Shown piece by piece: positions 56,108 through 64,000 of a DNA stretch of 64,000 nucleotides (the stretch's first letter is position 1; each line of letters begins with the position of its first letter). A program made the position numbers and the translations under genes. Location: assembly GCA_964016885.1 (NCBI GenBank), contig OZ024741.1, positions 320,912,001-320,976,000 on the forward strand. Reading direction: 5' to 3'. The notes under the pieces are model-generated. The model did not search any database and was not told the origin of the DNA. It saw nothing but the letters and a program-made list of their open reading frames with translations. The stretch is from Eledone cirrhosa (taxonomy: Eukaryota).

Positions 56108-56132
<25 letters not shown>

Positions 56133-56138
<6 letters not shown>

Positions 56139-57530
56139 CAAATAACGAAACGAAATTAAATTTCGTTTCGTTTGTAACTCACTTTTGTATGACTGACGCT
56201 TAAACAATTAAGTTAAAAATGTACATCTACATATGCATACTGAAATACTAGTGTGTATATGAATACACACACGTATACATATGTAGGTGTACCAAGTCTT
56301 TCACTGGTAGCTTTACAGTGAGCGGCCCAGCTATTCTGTATGTAAACACACAGACAAACCGGTTTTTAGAGTCATACTGGTTTTTCGGAGGAACACCTTC
56401 CCCCTATTCTCCAGAAAGCCAGACAAGGAATATTGAACTAGTTTCGTTGTTGTTACAACTCATCAGCAATATTTACCTATCTACCGGCCTTTCTGGAGAA
56501 TTGTAAAAGCACATATCGTTATATGCTTTTTCTATGAAAATTAGTAGTGGGCAGACTAATTTGCATAGAGTGTGAGTACGCACCGGTTCAGCGGAGACGA
56601 TAAAAACAAATAACGAAACGAAATTAAATTTCGTTTCGTTTGTAACTCACTTTTGTATGACTGACGCTTAAACAATTAAGTTAAAAATGTACATCTACAT
56701 ATGCATACTGAAATACTAGTGTGTATATGAATACACACACGTATACATATGTAGGTGTACCAAGTCTTTCACTGGTCGCTTTACAGTGAGCGGCCCAGCT
56801 ATTCTGTATGTAAACACACAGACAAACCGGTTTTTAGAGTCATACTGGTTTTTCGGGGGAACACCTTTCCCCTATTCTCCAGAAAGCCAGACAAGGAATA
56901 TTGAACTAGTTTCGTTGTTGTTACAACTCATCAGCAATATTTACCTATCTACCGGCCTTTCTGGAGAATTGTAAAAGCACATATCGTTATATGCTTTTTC
57001 TATGAAAATTAGTAGTGGGCAGACTAATTTGCATAGAGTGTGAGTACTCACCGGTTCAGCGGAGACGATAAAAACAAATAACGAAACGAAATTAAATTTC
57101 GTTTCGTTTGTAATTTAATTTCGTTTCGTTATTTGTTTTTATCGTCTCCGCTGAACCGGTGCGTACTCACACTCTATGCAAATTAGTCTGCCCACTACTA
57201 ATTTTCATAGAAAAAGCATATAACGATATGTGCTTTTACAATTCTCCAGAAAGGCCGGTAGATAGGTAAATATTGCTGATGAGTTGTAACAACAACGAAA
57301 CTAGTTCAATATTCCTTGTCTGGCTTTCTGGAGAATAGGGGAAAGGTGTTCCCCCGAAAAACCAGTATGACTCTAAAAACCGGTTTGTCTGTGTGTTTAC
57401 ATACAGAATAGCTGGGCCGCTCACTGTAAAGCGACCAGTGAAAGACTTGGTACACCTACATATGTATACGTGTGTGTATTCATATACACACTAGTATTTC
57501 AGTATGCATATGTAGATGTACATTTTTAAC

Positions 57531-57535
<5 letters not shown>
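56133..57535. mobile_element. Non-coding HHR element F9: about 2.1 tandem 468-bp units on the minus strand plus one inverted unit on the plus strand, within (TA)n
   Basis: The units are almost identical. The inversion occurs at the hairpin AACGAAACGAAATTAAATTTCGTTTCGTT near 57080-57130. Confidence 0.92.
57269..57313 (+). ncRNA. Canonical minimal type-I hammerhead ribozyme (F9); minus-strand copies at 56429-56473 and 56897-56941
   Basis: AATATTG-CTGATGA-GTTGT(AACA)ACAAC-GAAA-CTAG-TT-CAATATT. Confidence 0.92.
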
Positions 57536-57605
<70 letters not shown>

Positions 57606-58167
57606 CCCATATATACATATACACACACATATACATAGGTATATATCCCTATATGTGTGTATATATGTCTGTGTGATTACGTGTGCGTGTGCGTGTGTCT
57701 CTGTCTGCGTGTGTCTGATTACCACCTTCTTTGAACAATTTAAGAATAAAGAGTTGGTCTACAAATATCACCACATTTTACCGAAGTCATGATCACATTA
57801 CCACATAACCTGCTGTGACAAATGCTCTCTTTAATTTTTCACAACCACTGAGCAGAATATTTGATGATGTGAGTAAAAATATTTTAAATACAAACTACAA
57901 TGCAGCAACATTTCAAAGCTACTAAACAGCAGCATGTCGGCGTGCCCAGCACGAATATAACAACTACGTGGTTCCTGATACTCTCAGATAGGAGGGAACG
58001 TTAGTTATGTCCAAGGAAAATAAAGTAGAGTTATCCATTAATGACTTAGATTTCACCTCGATTGCCAAATTATTTTTGTCCGTGCTGGTAAGTGTGAATC
58101 CTACTATAAACTTGGAATGGAGTTGGAATGAATCTCCAACAATTAAATATATTGCAACATATATTGA

Positions 58168-58305
<138 letters not shown>

Positions 58306-58412
58306 GTATAATAAACAATACAATATAATTACCTCATTACCAGAGGTTTCCCGAATAAGACGAATACGAAAAACGTCCTCATTCGTTCATCGGACAAGGC
58401 AACATAGTGAAA

Positions 58413-59272
<860 letters not shown>

Positions 59273-59369
59273 AAGGTTAAACAAGGTTGAATGAATAAAT
59301 CAAACAATTAGTTTTACAATAGATTGGAAGCACTCAACAGTATTGGTTTTTCCGTTTATCTATATATAT

Positions 59370-59405
<36 letters not shown>

Positions 59406-59434
59406 TTAGATAGATAGATAGATTGATAGATAGA

Positions 59435-62190
59435 TATGTTTCTTTATTAGCCACAGGGGCACAAAAGAAGGGGACATATACAAAGGGGGAAGTTTACATA
59501 CAATAAAAACGTGTAAAATACTATCACAAATACAATTTAAAAGTTAATCGATTTTCCCCAATAAGGGGAGATATTACATATGGGTAACACATACCCCCGA
59601 AAAAATGTGCAACCCTCATCTCCAGGAGTACGAAGAGATTGTACCCCTTTCCTCTCCTCCTCTTTTTCCTCAACCCATAGGCTGATATAGAGAGAATGCC
59701 TATTCACTCGGGCCATTCTCGCCACTTTCACCCACCTTTCATAAAACTTGCTGGGGTACAGCACCTCTCTCCATCCTGATTCTTCTTCTAAAGTGGTATT
59801 TGAAAAAAAGAATCAGTTGTTGGCCGGAGAGAAAGGTGTCTGACCTCAGCCCTTTCAACCTTGTCCACCATACAACCTCTTTCGCCATAGCTATCACACA
59901 AAGGAAAACCGCCTCTCCTTCGTTTTTGAAGGAGGGTGGCGGTTTGATCATGACAATGGACTCGGTGGTCAACTGGATTGGTCCCACCCGCGACAATAGT
60001 CGTTCTACATAGCCCCACAGGTCAGTGACGCCCGGGCAGTGTATGAATGCGTGCGCGACGGTTTCTTCGTCTCGCACGCACCTCGGACAGATATTTTTCG
60101 AAGGTTCCCTGTCCGGGGCGCACATCTCTGTAGAGCTTGTCTCAAACTGGTAGAGCTCCTCGGTAGCACTGCCAGGCCAGAGACATTTGGAAGTTGTCCA
60201 TCGGTCCCGGGCGGAAGGTCCTACCGAACAGACTGGTCAGTTCGTCTTCCTCTACGCCTAGAGTTTCCCTGAGCGCGTCGTCGCACTTGCTGCGGATCAA
60301 CCCTCTATAGAATGACGAAGTGGAGTCTCCACTAATCGCCAGGTCCGCCTACCAGAGGGCTGTGAGCGCCTGAGCACATTCGATGTGCCAGTCACCCATT
60401 TTCCTCGGTCTTTAGTTGACCCAGGACTGCAGCTCGGTCAGCGAGACGAGTCGTGGGAAGGCTCGCCTCACGAACGGGGCCCACACCGGTTGTCCAGTGA
60501 GGTATATGTAGAGATGCCGCAGCCTGAGCGCGTGTTTGCGCATCGTCAGCCACGGCCACCCCAGCCCTCCGATGGAAGGGTGTTGGCAGCAGATGGATCT
60601 TCTCACCAAAGGAGTCCGCCTCCTCCAAATGAATTGGAAGAGCGCGCGCTCCATTTTGGTGAGCGTTTTGGCTGGACAAGGCACGACGGTCAAGCGGTAG
60701 TAGATGGCGGACGCTATAAAAGTGTTCGCCACCTCCGCTCGACGTTTCAAGGATAGTTTGCACTCGGCCCACTTCTGGGTGAGTGCAAACACCTTGGCCG
60801 TCACTTCGTTCCAGTTCTTCTCCACCTGGAGGTACGGACCAAACCAGACACCAAGCATCTTTACCGGTCCTTCCGTCCAGCATCCGACGATGCCATCGGA
60901 AGGCATCGGTCTGCCTCTCCACGATCCGAGTTGCAAACCGATGGACTTTTCCCGGTTCAGCTTCGCTCCCGTGAACCTCTCGTATTCCTTCAGTAAGGTG
61001 ACGACTTCCTCGATTTGCGAGGCGCTCGACACCATTACTGTCACGTCGTCGGCGTAGGCCGACGCCGCTTTACGCAGTCCCAGTTCCATAGGGATGCCCT
61101 GCAATAGGTCCAACTTCCGCAGTAGTGGCTCGAGAGTCAGTACGTACAGAAGGGAGGAGAGAGGGCATCCTTGTCGAAAGGATCGCGTGATATGGAACGA
61201 CTCAGCGAGGTAGCCGTTCACCTTGACCGTTGAGCAGATGTTGCTGCTGTGGATTGCAGCAATCCAGCCCCTGAACAGGGGCCCGAATCCTGCCGCCTAG
61301 AGCACCGCATCAAGGTAACGATGGTCAACCCTATCGAAAGCCTTAGACTGATCCAAGTTGATCAGAGCCCCCCGAAGCCGGGTTTACACCCTACCCTCTC
61401 TATGATGTATCGCATGAGGTGGAGGTTGTCGTGTATGGACCTGGTCGGGATTGCGCATGTCTGCGCTTCTCCCACCAGTTTCTCGACGACAAGCGCCAGC
61501 CTCTTTGCCAACACCTTGGCCAAAATCTGTAACTCTGTGTTTAACAGAGTTATGGGCCGGAAGTTGCCTATGTCATCCCCCTTATTCTCGTCCTTCCTGA
61601 CTAGTGTGACTACGCCCCCGGTCACAGAACTGGGAATTCTCCCGTTCTGCTGCCAGTTGCAGTAAACCGCTTCCAGGAGACCGGAGAATAAGTCCGGCAT
61701 TGCTACGTAAAATTCGTAAGGTAGACCGTCGAGACCTGGAGATTTGCGTTAATCGCATTGGCTCAGCACGTCCCCTATCTCAGAGGCTGAAATCGGCTTT
61801 TCGCAGAACTTTGCCTCGCTGTCCGAGAGTCGCGGTAGGCCGTTGAGGTATGAACAGAAATCCATAGCCCCTCCCGGCGCGCCGCCATGCCCGAACAGTT
61901 GAGCAAAGTGCCGCTGAAAGGCCGCACACATCTGCTTCGGCTCACGTTCACGCGTCCGTCTTGGTACTTCAAAGACCAAATCGTGGATTGTTGCCAATTT
62001 TTGCCTCCGTCACTCGGGCCCAGCTAACAGCTTTGGCTCCCTCGTTTCCCAGAGCACGTATTTTGCTTCTGACAACGCAACCCTCGTGCTTTGCATCGAA
62101 GAACTGGTCCAAGGCCGTTCTCGTTGCTAGCACGCTGGCTACGTTGACACTTCTAATTACCTCTTCTACTTTATCCTCTTCTATTAGTAA
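59435..62190 (-). mobile_element. 5'-truncated, frameshifted Tx1/L1-type LINE ORF2 (RT plus zinc finger) whose 3' end abuts (GATA)n
   Basis: KSPGLDGLPYEFY, NFRPITLLNTE..ILAKVLA.RL, DQSKAFDRVDH, RQGCPLSSLLY, AYADDVT and CPRC....ETVAHAFIHC. AATAAA precedes the (TATC)n tract. Confidence 0.92.
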
Positions 62191-62543
62191 TTCAGTGAAA
62201 CTACACACTGATTGGTCGAAATACAGTTTGCAAGATTTAGCATTCTGGAGCCACTTTTCCCTGTATAAAATGTATAAAAGGTAGAAAATTTACCCATCTT
62301 ATTACAATTGAAAATTGCGAACTTGACTGTCACCACATATTATGAACCTGAAGATTGCGAAAGCATGAAAGTACTTGTTCAATTAACACTTAGAATTTAA
62401 TATTCTATCATACTATTTCATTATAATACCATTATAAATTTTAAAGGATCGTAAATAAAACGAGTAAATCACACAAAGTTGGAATTCTTTTTATTAATAT
62501 AATCTTCTATACACAATCATACACACCCGTGTATATTTATCTA

Positions 62544-62583
<40 letters not shown>

Positions 62584-63469
62584 CATAAATTAATAAAATA
62601 ATGAATAAACAAAGAAACAGTTCCTTATATTAAAAAAATTCATCATTTTACGATCCTTTCTAGGATATATATGTGTTAGAGTTGGTATGCATATTCTATA
62701 GATCTATGTACAATATTTATACAAACTATCAGAGGGAATATACATACCTACACATATATATGCTGTCTTCAGAAATAATGATATTTGTTTATTGAAAAAA
62801 ACAAAGATTCAATACAATAGGTCTGTTTAGGGAACAGGTTTTGAATTGACCAATAGAGAGATAGTGAGGGTCAGGATAGTAATATAGTAGTAGAAGAACC
62901 TTAAATTATGGGTAGAGGAAGGTAGATTTCAGTTTTGGATGGAAAAGAATATTATGAATGAAGGATTATTTTAGGGAAGAAATAGGTCTTATGCTGACCT
63001 CAGAAATAATTTTATTTTTTCATTGAATAAAACCAACAAAGATCTAATATATTCTGTCTGTTTGGTAAGAGGTTTAGAATTAACCAATAGAAAGTTAATA
63101 ATTGGCCAAATGGTAAAATAGTAGTAATTGAAGCTTATTTTAGGGGTGAAAATAGGTCAGGTGGTCAGTAAAAGGTATACAAGCAGTTGCTGTTATAAAA
63201 TAGTAATGCCAATACAAATATCTAAGGTGACTAAAGTTTTAAGATAAGAATGTTAGTGAAAAAAATACATCTATGAAAGGAATATAAATTAATTTAATTG
63301 ATGGGTATATTTATATTGATAAAATTATACTAATACATATAGATATGATAAATAAGAGTTAGATACAGTTGAAAAGTGCTGTTAAAGATGAGGGGAAATT
63401 AAAAGAATATAAAAATAATATATATATATACTTATACATATATATATATATATACATATATATACACAT

Positions 63470-63513
<44 letters not shown>

Positions 63514-63588
63514 CATATATATACATATATATACATATATATGCACATACACACACACACATATATACATATACATATACATATATAT

Positions 63589-63649
<61 letters not shown>

Positions 63650-64000
63650 GATATATACATGCACATATACATACATACACATACACATACACACACATAT
63701 ACACTTATATATACATATAATTATTGGGGGGGGGGGGATTAAATTTATTAGTGAGAAATAGTAAATATATATAGTTTTCAAGGAACATAGAGTTATAACC
63801 TGAAGTTAAAGCATTATATATGTTTACTTAATGGTATCAGTTTTAGGAAATGATATTTGTAAGAAGGAAAGCAAAATTATGTACTTCATCAGTAGTAGAA
63901 TATTAATTATAGGTTAACTAAATTAAAAATACTTTATATATTAATTTCAAAAGTGTATATTAATTAGGTTTATAATTTTTAAAGCAGAATTATGTAGTTC

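Noticed and set aside
56318-56506. 62-aa ORF repeated three times in F9
   Set aside because: It has a GTG start, lies antisense to the ribozyme and is not conserved in sister family F3.

Overview
AT-rich, microsatellite-saturated animal DNA. The repeat content resembles a mollusc or cephalopod genome, which is an inference. I found no convincing host protein-coding gene; most ORF-track entries are translations of (TA)n, (CA)n or (GA)n. Recognisable elements are one intron-containing tRNA-Lys(UUU) gene, tRNA-derived SINEs, five 5'-truncated Penelope-like (GIY-YIG) fragments, a nearly intact R4/Dong-type RLE LINE in (TACA)n, a decayed Tx1/L1 LINE abutting (GATA)n, RTE and CR1-like fragments, a mariner MITE and a non-autonomous Helitron. 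The main signal is about 25 type-I hammerhead ribozyme (HHR) motifs from about 10 distinct families. They sit in 0.3-0.55 kb non-coding units that occur as permuted partial tandems and fold-back (inverted) pairs, mostly abutting (TA)n tracts, like retrozymes or Penelope pLTRs. Several families show compensatory stem changes, palindromic stem III, U3-A8 core variants and non-canonical 10.1-11.1 pairs. All folds were read by eye and none were computed.
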